A stretch of DNA of 64,000 bases from assembly GCA_032718475.1 (NCBI GenBank), contig JAUCBJ010008678.1, positions 57,613-121,612 of the forward strand, given 5' to 3'. Numbering within the stretch: the stretch's first letter is position 1; each line of letters begins with the position of its first letter. The notes below the pieces were generated by a model, which ran no database searches, had not been told where the DNA came from, and saw only the letters and a list, made by a program, of their open reading frames with translations. The translations under genes were made by a program, and so were the position numbers. Of this stretch, positions 25,151-36,200 are shown piece after piece. This DNA comes from Nemertoderma westbladi. Lineage: Eukaryota; Animalia; Xenacoelomorpha.

Positions 25151-25670
25151 CTATTGGCTATTCAGTTTTCTCTTCTTCCTATTGTTCGTCTCCACATCTC
25201 TGTCATTAGCCGCTTTATTTCTGTAGAACTTGGAGAGTCCCTTAATCAGTATATTGCCTTCGTAGTTAATTACCTTCGAAAGAAGAAAGTCATTCTTCAA
25301 TGAGTAGACTGGGATCAACTTCACCATGAATGCACATCCACTCAATAAGGGCTTAACCATAACCATGATACTCAGAACCTTCCTAGCTGGTTTCGATTGA
25401 TCGATTGTTTCGAATGGTCCATCTACTGCATGTCCTATCAAATGTCCGCCGCGGTACTGCATACTGGCTTTTATGTGAATCTCGTCAAATATGACCATCA
25501 TCTGCGGTTTGCCAGATCATGGTGCAATGCTTCCCAAGATCTCAGAAATCGTTTTTCGACATTCTTCGATAGAATCAAGGGTATTCAGTCCCCCAATGTG
25601 TTTCATTAACACTGACGGATGTGGTAGTAAAGCGTCTCACATAAACCTTTATAAGCACTCCAATTGTGTT
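25151..25670 (-). pseudogene. Internally deleted P-element-like transposase
   Basis: LPHPSVL..VIFDEIHIKASMQYRGGHLIG..KPARKVLSIMV..LIPV is joined directly to a basic C-terminus NRKKRKLNSQ*, with upstream stops. Confidence 0.72.
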
Positions 25671-25866
25671 TAGTTTATTGTTTTGGTTAAAATAACGTGC
25701 CACTGAAACCTGCTCCTTTCCCCAAATTGAGAATTTAACATTGAGGCGGGATATTAATTCGCCAATGCGGGTTTATAATAAATTTTTTTATTATTTTTTT
25801 TTAAATTTAATATTTCAATAATAAAAAAAATACGTTTTAAAAAAAGTAGCAACAACTAGCTAGTAT

Positions 25867-26913
25867 GGGCACTACTATGTTATGGGTACCCACTCTTTGA
25901 CCATTTATTTGACAATGTTAATGGCTATTATCTTGAGGTTTTTTGTTTTAGAACATTAATGTCATCTTCTGTTAGACGTTAGCTATTGGGTTTTTTATGG
26001 TAGCTAGTGATTTCTTTTAGGTAGCTACTGTTTTTAAAATTACAAAATCAAATTTTTGGTACCTCATTTTTGATCAATTTTTTGTTCAATTGCACCTTCT
26101 GAAAGAGGTTACCTATTATTTTTTATTAAGGTAGCTAGTGTTTTTAAAGGTAGCTAGTGATCTTAAAATTACAAAATAATATTTTGGACCATGTTAATGG
26201 ATATAATCAAGATGGCTTTTTGTTCTAGAACATAACTTTTTTCTGAGAGAGGTTAGATATTATTTTTTATTATGGTAGCTACCGGTAGTGTTTTTAAAGG
26301 TAGCTTAAAATTACAAAATAAATTTTGTAGTGCCCCTTTTATTTAGACAATTTCCATATTATCATCAATATATTCTCGCAATTAATAAAAATATAAATAA
26401 ATCTAGTAATAAGTAAAATAGGCCTAAATAAGTAAAATAAGTAAAAACTCTATTTTGACATCTGCCTATATTTTGTATAAAATATAAAAATCTAGCTTGT
26501 GAATAATTACTAGCTACACCATGACTCATAAATTATTCCATGCAAATATATAATTGAGAATTAAATTACCAGTATATCTTACATTTACTAGCTAATAAAT
26601 AGTACTAGCTAACACAAAATCAAAAGTACTAGCTATCATCTTACTGTCAGAAGGTCAAATATTTGTTCTAGAAAAAAAACCTCATAATAAAATACATTTT
26701 TACAAGAAAAATCTTAGTAAATTTTTTTTTCAATTTTTCAATTAAAATTTTTTTCACTAGCTAATAAAAAGTACTAGCTAAAACAAAATCAAAATTACTA
26801 GCTACCATCGTACTGGCAGAAAGTTAAATATTTGTTCTAGAACAAAAACCTTATGATAAAAGCCATTTTCATATTAAACAATTTGTTTAAAAAGTGGGTA
26901 CCCATAACATAGT
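25867..26913. repeat. AT-rich imperfect inverted-repeat (foldback-like) element with GGTAGCTAG sub-repeats
   Basis: ACTATGTTATGGGTACCCACT (~25874) is the exact reverse complement of AGTGGGTACCCATAACATAGT (~26893). The left half has GGTAGCTAGTG repeats and the right half has ACTAGCTA repeats. Confidence 0.55.
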
Positions 26914-27641
26914 TATTTATTATTATTATTATTATTTATTTAAATTCGGACTTGCCGACAATAAAAGTTTAAAAATATGGCGCAAACACAAATGACAGAT
27001 ATCGACACAGAAAGTATATCTACACAGATTATCTACACAGAAAGTAGCCCATTAAATAAAATGTGCACAGCACAGCACTATAGTAAAAATTTATATAAAT
27101 TAAAATGCACCATAATATGATCTATTCTGCAATGTTAAAGTATCAAAGTATCTTAGGATCAAGTTGTGTTTTTGGTGAAAACTGAGGCAGTTGGTATACC
27201 GGTACGGGTACACACACATTGTTATAAGAAGATAAAATGTGCACAGCACGAATAAAATCAGTCAGATCAATATGGGTAATATAAGGTAAATAATATGGTC
27301 CGTAATAATCATTGACGGTCTCGGGATGATTGAATCAATAAAATATATTTGCAGCACAACACGCAAACAGGCATCGGACAGATGTTCAAACGACATTAAA
27401 ATAAGACAGGATACGTTTATGCTTAGATATGAAACTTCCGCAGTTGCTGTTGCTGTAGCAGTTTTTAATGAAGTTCATCCCAACAGTTTCACTGATTGTT
27501 AGTGGTTCAGTCTTAGCACGGTTAAAGAGGGAACGTTTACAGTAGGTATAGGTGAGTAGACTGTGCAGACTGGGCATTGGGTAATTGCTTCTGCATTTCG
27601 CGTATGCAGAAGTCAAGCCTACATAGTTTGTGTTCGAGCAG

Positions 27642-30458
27642 CTATTGAACCGCGAGGCTGTGTAATTGTGATTGTAAGAATGGGACTGGGCAGCTAGCGA
27701 CTCTTAGTATGGTACCTATGCACTGTTTGTATACCTCATTGTGTAGAGGGCGGCATCCAAGTAGATTGTAAATGATCTGGTTGTTAACGTAGGGGCCGAC
27801 CAGTAAGAGACTCCGAAGGGCCTTCCGATACTCAATCTCTAATTTGCGGCTTTCGACTTTACTAAGTGATCCCGCCAAGAACCGAACTGAGTGGGTGATG
27901 GATGGTACTCCTATCATGCGCCAAAGAAATCCGACGGTATCACAGTCCAAATGACGAGTAGTCCAGCTGCGGCGATGAAAAATATCGGAAGCACGATAAA
28001 CACACTGGATACACTCCTGAAGGTGGTTGCCATGACCAGTCGGTAATGTGAAGCCAAGGAAGTTCAGTTTCGGGTGAGGCGGGATCAAGGTGCCCCCGAT
28101 ATTCAGAAAAGTAGGAACTGCGAATTTTGAACAGCCGCTTCCAAGGTGGTAGTTCCATCGAGTTTTGCTGTCCTCCACTTCCAGATTTGATTCTTGCAGT
28201 TTGTCGATAACTATACCTGTAATGACCTCAAGGTCAGATACAGATCTTGCACAGATTAGAAGGTCATCTGCGTATGCAACAATTCCCAACCACAGATCGG
28301 TAAGATTTTCTCCAAAACCAGATTCTTTCAGTTTCTCCAACACGCCCTTGGTGTAGAAATTGAACAACATCGGAGATAGCAAAGATCCTTGTTTTAATCC
28401 TCTAATGAGCTTGATTCCCTGGTCGTTAATGAGACCACCAAATTTCAGATGAGCGACAGTTTGCATATAATAAGACAACAAAGCTAAGCATATGTGAGGG
28501 TTGATATAATTCATTAACCTTCTAAAGAGAATACTAAGTTCTACATTGTTAAAAGCCCCCGACATATCTAGTTGACATATGAAGACACTGGTTCCCTTTT
28601 TCCGTTGTGCTTCGAGGAATTCTAGAACACCACTGATTATAACATCTGTCCCGATTTTTCGACGGTATGCTAACTGTGAGCTAGGGATATGTTCAGCAAT
28701 TTGGATGAATTCGTGGAGTAATACAGATTCGAAGATCTTACCGAAAATACTAACAGAGGAGATAGGACGATAAGATTTGCTTAGCAGTGGATCCCTTTCT
28801 TTGCCCTTGTATAAACTTGTTACAATAGTTTTACCGAAACAAGGAGGAACTTCACCTAATTTGAAACACATATTAATGACATCAGCCATAGTTCGACAGA
28901 TCAGATCGCAGTCTAGAAGTAAAAAGTGTTCCACTACAAGCGAGTATGCGTCTGGAGATTTGCCTTTACCTAAACTAGAAATTGCTTTTCTGATTGTTTC
29001 TGGTGAAATAATAGGAAGGGTTGCATTGTTCTGTAAAACTCTGAGGTCATTCACGATCTGATTAATGGACTCATCAAAGGAGGCATCTTGAATATTGTTT
29101 GAGACCAGATCAGATTCAATTGCGATTTGAGCTGCTGGTGGAGGGATACTAGAGCCCTTTGCATTGAAGGTGGACCAAAACTTCCTTGGGTTTGTGTGCA
29201 TATAGCTGGCCTTCTTTCTTATGTTACTGGCAACAATTGATTTAGCCAACCAGTTCCTCATCCTGCGGATAGATCGCCGTGATTCTTTATATGCTTGCCC
29301 GTATATGCAGGAATTACTTTTGTTGTTTTTCAACCACAAATTATGAAGCTGTTTGCAAGTTTTAGATCTGTCGTGTAGTTCAGCCGATCTAATTCTTAGA
29401 TTCTTGGTCTGGCGTCTGACCTTTAATGGGGGCAGGTGGAGAGCGGCACAATTGTTAATTACCATTTGAATTCGTTCAACATACTCAGTTAAAGTAGAAA
29501 CTGTCCAGTTAATATTATATATTATATAGTTGAATGCATTACCCAAGTCCATTAGTTGTTTTGCAATATCTGATTGATACAATTCATGTTGTGCAGGCGT
29601 TACTTTGTTCCAGGCTATCTTGATTGGTGCTGGAATCTGCTTTGTTTTACTTTTGAAGGCAGAGTCAGACCCTTGAAGCGTAAATTCGGCTGTTATAGGC
29701 ACGTGATCGGAGTGGATATTGGAGCTTTCCGTGTACACTGTTCCCTTTTTCAGAAGACTCCTTCCAAGTTCTGAGGTAACTATATGGTCAATGTACGAGT
29801 TCCCGTGCCCCCGAAATGTGATGCAGGGACCAGTGAAAGGTGGGAATGTATCGACTGCAAATAGGTCGTGATTTAGGAGGAAGTTGGATAGTCTGGATCC
29901 TTGTGGTGTAGGTTTGGTTCTAGATGCACGGGGGCCATGGAGCATGCCGAGATCTGAATTGAAGTCTCCTAATATGATTGGAGTAGCATTCTCGTGTATC
30001 CGAACAAAGTTACTCAGACGAGACAAGAATCTATCGTAACTTGAGATGTTATGGGAAGCATCAGGCGCATAGCAGCACAGTACTAAATATTTCTGTTCAT
30101 CATCAGATTCAGCAATAACTCCGAGTATATCTTGTTCGCTCTGGACTGGAAATGTATTTTTGAAGACACCATTTCTTATCCATAGTGACACCCCTCCAGC
30201 ACCTCTCACTCTATTTGTGTCACTCATGAGTTCACTTATAGTGAAATTGCAGCTGAAGCGGTTATCAAGATGTGATAGCAACTCTTTTCCCTCAATAGCA
30301 TCTAGCCAATGCTCCTGAATGGCTAATATATCTAGGTCACTGAGTAGTTGAGTTATTTCGTCTATACTTGAGTTGAACCCATGACAGTTGAAAGATCCCA
30401 CTCTTAAGTTAAAGTCCTGTGTATTAGGTATAGTATGACTCTCAGCCGGTGATGCCAT
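27642..30458 (-). CDS. Retrotransposon ORF2: APE endonuclease plus reverse transcriptase (938 aa, probably prematurely stopped)
   Basis: FNCHGF, IQEHWL, ILGDFNSD, YIDHI, SDHVPI; SYRPIS, QLAYR, LDMSGAFNNV, GLKQGSLLSP, YADDL. Confidence 0.93.
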   Translation of the reverse strand: MASPAESHTIPNTQDFNLRVGSFNCHGFNSSIDEITQLLSDLDILAIQEHWLDAIEGKELLSHLDNRFSCNFTISELMSDTNRVRGAGGVSLWIRNGVFKNTFPVQSEQDILGVIAESDDEQKYLVLCCYAPDASHNISSYDRFLSRLSNFVRIHENATPIILGDFNSDLGMLHGPRASRTKPTPQGSRLSNFLLNHDLFAVDTFPPFTGPCITFRGHGNSYIDHIVTSELGRSLLKKGTVYTESSNIHSDHVPITAEFTLQGSDSAFKSKTKQIPAPIKIAWNKVTPAQHELYQSDIAKQLMDLGNAFNYIIYNINWTVSTLTEYVERIQMVINNCAALHLPPLKVRRQTKNLRIRSAELHDRSKTCKQLHNLWLKNNKSNSCIYGQAYKESRRSIRRMRNWLAKSIVASNIRKKASYMHTNPRKFWSTFNAKGSSIPPPAAQIAIESDLVSNNIQDASFDESINQIVNDLRVLQNNATLPIISPETIRKAISSLGKGKSPDAYSLVVEHFLLLDCDLICRTMADVINMCFKLGEVPPCFGKTIVTSLYKGKERDPLLSKSYRPISSVSIFGKIFESVLLHEFIQIAEHIPSSQLAYRRKIGTDVIISGVLEFLEAQRKKGTSVFICQLDMSGAFNNVELSILFRRLMNYINPHICLALLSYYMQTVAHLKFGGLINDQGIKLIRGLKQGSLLSPMLFNFYTKGVLEKLKESGFGENLTDLWLGIVAYADDLLICARSVSDLEVITGIVIDKLQESNLEVEDSKTRWNYHLGSGCSKFAVPTFLNIGGTLIPPHPKLNFLGFTLPTGHGNHLQECIQCVYRASDIFHRRSWTTRHLDCDTVGFLWRMIGVPSITHSVRFLAGSLSKVESRKLEIEYRKALRSLLLVGPYVNNQIIYNLLGCRPLHNEVYKQCIGTILRVASCPVPFLQSQLHSLAVQ

Positions 30459-30477
30459 TGCGTGTTGTGTTGTGGTG

Positions 30478-33264
30478 TTAAAAATAATTGGGGGATTCTG
30501 AACTCAGGCGTCTTTGGTACCAAACATCCGGATCGTGGAAACGTCCTCTGTCTCCAGTGGCCTGGTGGGACTTTTTTACTGTCCACTCACGACACCTGAG
30601 TCCATCTGGCCAGAAATCATCCTGTAACAGAGATGCCCGCACACCGGCATCAACGGTAACTCTCACTCCTATATAGCCTGAGCGGTGGAAATTTTGAATC
30701 CTCTTAGTGTAGAAGACTGTGATATTTCTTTTGAGTAAGTGTCGGGTTATGTCTTCTCCACGGGATTTGTGATTAGAGCTTGTGACATAAAGGTAGGCAT
30801 ATGAATATTTTGCGGCATCCACACTTGCACTGGTGACTGTTGTATGTTGTGGCTGTTGCCTGTGGTGGTTATCCCTTAAGATGTAGCCAAAATTCATTGT
30901 AGGATAATTAATTATGTTAGGTATGTGGATATGACTGTTACCCGAGTGCCTAGATTTGTTTGGTACATCACGAAGATTGGGTCCATCTTTCTTGCGATCA
31001 GCTGTAGGATTGGTAGAGTAATTAGACTCAGAGTATGGATGCTTGCTAGTATTTGATTTTGAGTGTTGCATAGAGCGTTTGACTGAGCCACTTCCTTTAT
31101 GTGAGGTGCTCTGTGGAGAATAGGAGTGGTGTGCTTTTGATGTTTTCTTGACAGGAATTTCGCTGTGTCTTGTGCGACGCTCATGCTTTTTGACTTGAGG
31201 AGCTTCATCAGGACCACAATCCGGTGAAGAGCCATCCAATGATTCGATCTCACTGAGAGTGGTGTAGTCGGAGTAGAGTGATTCAGGAGCAGTTGGATTA
31301 AGTTCCGATGTGCTCTGTAATGCTTCGAATCTGTTAGTTGTAGTAACTCCACTCATAGTATTGCACCAAGTAGTTCCTCTGGATGTTCTATGAGAGCCAG
31401 TTGTGGTTAGGTGCGATTTAGCAAGTGGTTGTGAGTCTGCTTTTGGATTTGGCAAGTTCATGTTGACACTTGCAGGTTCTGATTGAGGATGTTGTGTTTG
31501 AACACTTGTTAGATCTTCTAATTTGGCCTGAATTACCAGTCTAGCATGCCTTTCTTGATAGAGCTCGTCTTTCAAGTTTGTGAATTCCTGTTTCAGATTC
31601 ACATAGGAATCTTCCATCTTGGCAAGCCTTGATTGCAGGACATCTACTGACTGTAGCAGGTCTAACCGTAATTGGTTGTAGCCATAATCAACACTGGATT
31701 GCTCAGCCAAGATTAGTCGCTTCCTGCATGGTGCAGTAAAGCACCCTTCTTTCATACAATTCATAAGTTCAAAAACATCCAAGGCCTGTTCTTTAACAGA
31801 ATTACGATTTTGAAGCAACAGACTAACAGACTGAGTTGGCTGCATCAGAGTTCTAACATCATGGAAAAGCTTTTCACGCAAGAGGGAAAGTGTGTTTGAG
31901 TTTATACTGACCAATGTTTTCAATGCCTTTCTTTTGGGGTCTTTTAGCAACTTAGTGAGATTATATTCATTGTAAATAGGAAAAGTAGATTTAGTGTGCT
32001 TGTAATTAGAACCGTCAGAGCTCTTTCCCTCCTTAGACGAATCCTCCTGTTTCCCCTTGGGGTTACTGTGACTCAGTTCACTGTGTGTTGAAGGACAAAC
32101 TGAGTGGTTATTAGAGGGCGCTGAGGTTTGTATTCCAGAGAGCGCTGAAAGCCGAGATTGAGGTATCCTGTGTTTGTGTAATAAGTCATAGTCTATTTTT
32201 GTATCTATAATGACTCCTTCCAACCATTTACGCACACATCCTACTTTTATCTGTTGAAATATATCTTTGTTGCAGGTGGCCAAGTATAGAGCATATAAAC
32301 AAATGAATGGGCCACAGTCGTAATGATTAGGTTGGCTTGGGATATCGCGGTAGCGAGTTTCTGTATGCCATGCTGGATTTGCTACACCTTTGACTCGCTG
32401 GATCAGATTTAACAAGTCGCATAAATGGGACTGAATATTGCTGCTATAATCCCTGTTGATTGGACAGAATGAATACAGTTTCTTGTTGACCACTTCAGCT
32501 ATATGGAGTATATAATGACCATTGGCACACTCTGGGAAGAAAATTAATTCATCATTCTCAGGGTCGCAGCTGCTTGTGATATACCTTACTGCAGCAGATA
32601 CATCAAAATTTTCATGATTTAACTTGTAGCAGAGTGAACTATCGATTGAAGAGATGCGAGGGAGATTCCTTTCCAGTATCCAGAAATAGCAATCAATGAT
32701 TCCCGTTGTCACAAATGAGGTTCCTTGCAAGCTGTTCATATCGATACTGCCCTGAGTTATGTTAAATAATGGCTTTGGATTGTCTCGACGAGGTTTAGTG
32801 ATTGCCTTCACAACTTCCGTTTCATTGAAACCAACCTCTACATCAGCATGGAAAATTCCTTCTAGCCATTGGTCACCGTGATCATCCACAATCGGTTCAG
32901 CCCCACTGTGCTCAATGATGTGCTCAGAGTTATGGAGTGGTAAACCGCTCTTGTCGCAGTTAGGGTTTAATGTATACTTCACTGCCGATGAGTTTGGGCC
33001 CACCTTCTGGTAAAAGTCAGTTATTTTCAAAGCCTTACTAGTTGGCTGATGCCCTATTGCTGTATCAAGTGGCATTGAGAAGGAGGGAGCTTCAACGTTC
33101 AGATCATGCTTAAACACATTAACTACTGCACTGTTTGGAGACTTATGTTGATGAGAAGTAGAATTGTAGTTGCTCTTAATGGGAGAAAGGATTTCGGCAT
33201 CAACTTGAGTGCTATCTATGGGAAGGATAGACTCGGCATTGTCATTAATAATCTTACCCTCCAC
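30478..33264 (-). CDS. Retrotransposon ORF1, C-terminal part: Ulp1/C48-like protease domain, coiled coil, RRM-like ORF1 domain
   Basis: IIDCYF..IFFPECANGHYIL..QPNHYDCGPFICLYA (~32200-32760); heptad-like LQSRLAKMEDSYVNLKQEFTNLKDEL; C-terminal YLYVT..VRVTV..DFWPDGLRCREW typical of LINE ORF1 ends. Confidence 0.75.
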   Translation of the reverse strand: MEGKIINDNAESILPIDSTQVDAEILSPIKSNYNSTSHQHKSPNSAVVNVFKHDLNVEAPSFSMPLDTAIGHQPTSKALKITDFYQKVGPNSSAVKYTLNPNCDKSGLPLHNSEHIIEHSGAEPIVDDHGDQWLEGIFHADVEVGFNETEVVKAITKPRRDNPKPLFNITQGSIDMNSLQGTSFVTTGIIDCYFWILERNLPRISSIDSSLCYKLNHENFDVSAAVRYITSSCDPENDELIFFPECANGHYILHIAEVVNKKLYSFCPINRDYSSNIQSHLCDLLNLIQRVKGVANPAWHTETRYRDIPSQPNHYDCGPFICLYALYLATCNKDIFQQIKVGCVRKWLEGVIIDTKIDYDLLHKHRIPQSRLSALSGIQTSAPSNNHSVCPSTHSELSHSNPKGKQEDSSKEGKSSDGSNYKHTKSTFPIYNEYNLTKLLKDPKRKALKTLVSINSNTLSLLREKLFHDVRTLMQPTQSVSLLLQNRNSVKEQALDVFELMNCMKEGCFTAPCRKRLILAEQSSVDYGYNQLRLDLLQSVDVLQSRLAKMEDSYVNLKQEFTNLKDELYQERHARLVIQAKLEDLTSVQTQHPQSEPASVNMNLPNPKADSQPLAKSHLTTTGSHRTSRGTTWCNTMSGVTTTNRFEALQSTSELNPTAPESLYSDYTTLSEIESLDGSSPDCGPDEAPQVKKHERRTRHSEIPVKKTSKAHHSYSPQSTSHKGSGSVKRSMQHSKSNTSKHPYSESNYSTNPTADRKKDGPNLRDVPNKSRHSGNSHIHIPNIINYPTMNFGYILRDNHHRQQPQHTTVTSASVDAAKYSYAYLYVTSSNHKSRGEDITRHLLKRNITVFYTKRIQNFHRSGYIGVRVTVDAGVRASLLQDDFWPDGLRCREWTVKKSHQATGDRGRFHDPDVWYQRRLSSESPNYF

Positions 33265-36200
33265 TTATCGATGCTTCCAGGTTCCATCATCCTGAAGGTC
33301 CATCACAGATATGACAGGGCGAGCAGGATTGGTATTGGCCGATTTCGGAACTACAGATTTGTGATTGGTGTGTGAGTGTGAAGGTTTGATTATATTTGAA
33401 ACTGAGAGGTCGATAAGAGTAGTGCAATTGTTTCCGAATTTACTGTTATTACATGTCCCGTAAATATCGATACCGTTTACATTTGGGACTGAGTTAATAA
33501 TCGGTTTTGAGGTATTGTTATAACATGCCCCGAAATTATCAGTATCATTTGTACCACCAATAGGGTTCTCATTCATAACGGGTTGTGAGGTAATATCAAC
33601 AACATTTACACCTTGGACTGAGTTCACATTAGTAGAGGGGTCTAAAATACTGTTACCACATGTCACAAAATTATCAATACCGTTTCCACTTGGAAGTGAG
33701 TTCACATTAATAACCGGTTTTAAAAAATTGTTATTAAATGTCCCGAAATTATCAATGACATTTACTCTTGGGACTGGTTTCACATTAGTAATGGGTTGTA
33801 AAATATTGTCAATGACATTTACACTTGGAACTGGGTTCACATTAACAATCGGTTTTAAAATATTGTTATGAAAAGTCCCGAAATTATCAATACCATTTCC
33901 ACTTGGGACTGGGTTCACATTAGTAACAGGTTTTGAAATATTGTAAATTGTGTTAAAGCTGGATGGTTGATCAACTTCAGAGATAGATTGAGACATTGCA
34001 CATTTATTGCAACTACAATTGTTATCTACACGGCGGCATCCCTGAACTGGTTTATCCGGGCCTAACCAGCTCGAAACCTCTGTAGGGGGCAGAGGTTCGA
34101 TCTTATTAGCAGAGAGTTTGCCCTGGCTCCTTGTGACTGGCCTTCGGTGTATTCTTCCCTGCCTTTTGACGGTTTTCATGATCTGTTTATCACCTAAATC
34201 CGTTGCTACCACAACAGGTGGGAATATATTGTTCGCACTAGTTGTCTTATTCGTGTCTGTATCATCGTTATCTGAAGTCGGAAGAGCCCCATCAAGTTGG
34301 TTCTCTGTAGGATTCGTATCATTGCAGTCGACACGTTTTAGTTCCAACCCCGAGGATTTGTCCGGGTTGAGTCGAGGAACCGTTCCGTTTTCGGATCGTT
34401 TTAGTTCCGACTCCGAGGATTTGTCCGGGTTGAGTCGAGGAACCGTTCCGTTGTCGGATCGTTTTAGTTCCGACTCCGAGGATTTGTCCGGGTTGAGTCG
34501 AGGAACTGTTCCGTTGTCGGATCGTTTTAGTTCCGACTCCGAGGATTTGTCCGGGTTGAGTCGAGGAACCGTTCCGTTGTCGGATCGTTTTAGTTCCGAC
34601 TCCGAGGATTTGTCCGGGTTGAGTCGAGGAACCGTTCCGTTATCGGATCGTTTTAGTTTCGACTCCGAGGATTTGTCCGGGTTGAGTCGAGGAGCCATTC
34701 CATTTTCGGATCGTTTTAGTTCCGACTCCGAGGATTTGTCCGGGTTGAGTCGAGGAACCGTTCCTTTGTCAGTTCGTTTTAGTTCCGACTCAGAGGATTT
34801 GTCCGGGTTGAGTCGAGGAACCGTTCCGTTGTCGGATCGTTTTAGTTCCGACTCCGAGGATTTGTCCGGGTTGAGTCGAGGAACCGTTCCTTTGTCAGTT
34901 CGTTTTAGTTCCGACTCCGAGGATTTGTCCGGGTTGAGTCGAGGAACCGTTCCGTTGTCGGACCGTTTTAGTTCCGACTCCGAGGATTTGTCCGGGTTGA
35001 GTCGAGGAACCGTTCCGTTGTCGGATCGTTTTAGTTCCGACTCCGAGGATTTGTCCGGGTTGAGTCGAGGAACTGTTCCGTTGTCGGATCGTTTTAGTTC
35101 CGACTCCGAGGATTTGTCCGGGTTGAGTCGAGGAACCGTTCCGTTGTCGGATCGTTTTAGTTCCGACTCCGAGGATTTGTCCGGGTTGAGTCGAGGAACC
35201 GTTCCGTTGTCGGATCGTTTTAGTTTCGACTCCGAGGATTTGTCCGGGTTGAGTCGAGGAGCCATTCCATTTTCGGATCGTTTTAGTTCCGACTCCGAGG
35301 ATTTGTCCGGGTTGAGTCGAGGAACCGTTCCTTTGTCAGTTCGTTTTAGTTCCGACTCCGAGGATTTGTCCGGGTTGAGTCGAGGAACCGTTCCGTTGTC
35401 GGATCGTTTTAGTTCCGACTCCGAGGATTTGTCCGGGTTGAGTCGAGGAACCGTTCCTTTGTCAGTTCGTTTTAGTTCCGACTCCGAGGATTTGTCCGGG
35501 TTGAGTCGAGGAACCGTTCCGTTGTCGGACCGTTTTAGTTCCGACTCCGAGGATTTGTCCGGGTTGAGTCGAGGAACCGTTCCGTTGTCGGATCGTTTTA
35601 GTTCCGACTCCGAGGATTTGTCCGGGTTGAGTCGAGGAACCATTCCATTGTCGGATCGTTTTAGTTCCGACTCCGAGGATTTGTCCGGGTTGAGTCGAGG
35701 AACCGTTCCGTTGTCGGATCGTTTTAGTTCCGACTCCGAGGATTTGTCCGGGTTGAGTCGAGGAACCGTTCCGTTGTCGGATCGTTTTAGTTCCGACTCC
35801 GAGGATTTGACCGGGTTGAGTCGAGGAGCCTTTCCATTTTCGGATCGTTTTAGTTCCGACTCCGAGGATTTGTCCGGGTTGAGTCGAGGAACCGTTCCAT
35901 TGTCGGATCGTTTTAGTTCCGACTCCGAAGATTTGTCCGGGTTGAGTTGAGGAACCGTTCCGTTGTCAGTTCGTTTTAGTTCCGACTCCGAGGATTTGTC
36001 CGGGTTGAGTTGAGGAACCGTTCCGTTGTCGGATCGTTTTAGTTTCGACTCCGAGGATTTGTCCGGGTTGAGTCGAGGAACCGTTCCGTTGTCGGATCGT
36101 TTTAGTTCCGACTCCGAGGATTTGTCCGGGTTGAGTCGAGGAACCGTTCCATTGTCGGATCGTTTTAGTTCCGACTCCGAGGATTTGTCCGGGTTGAGTC

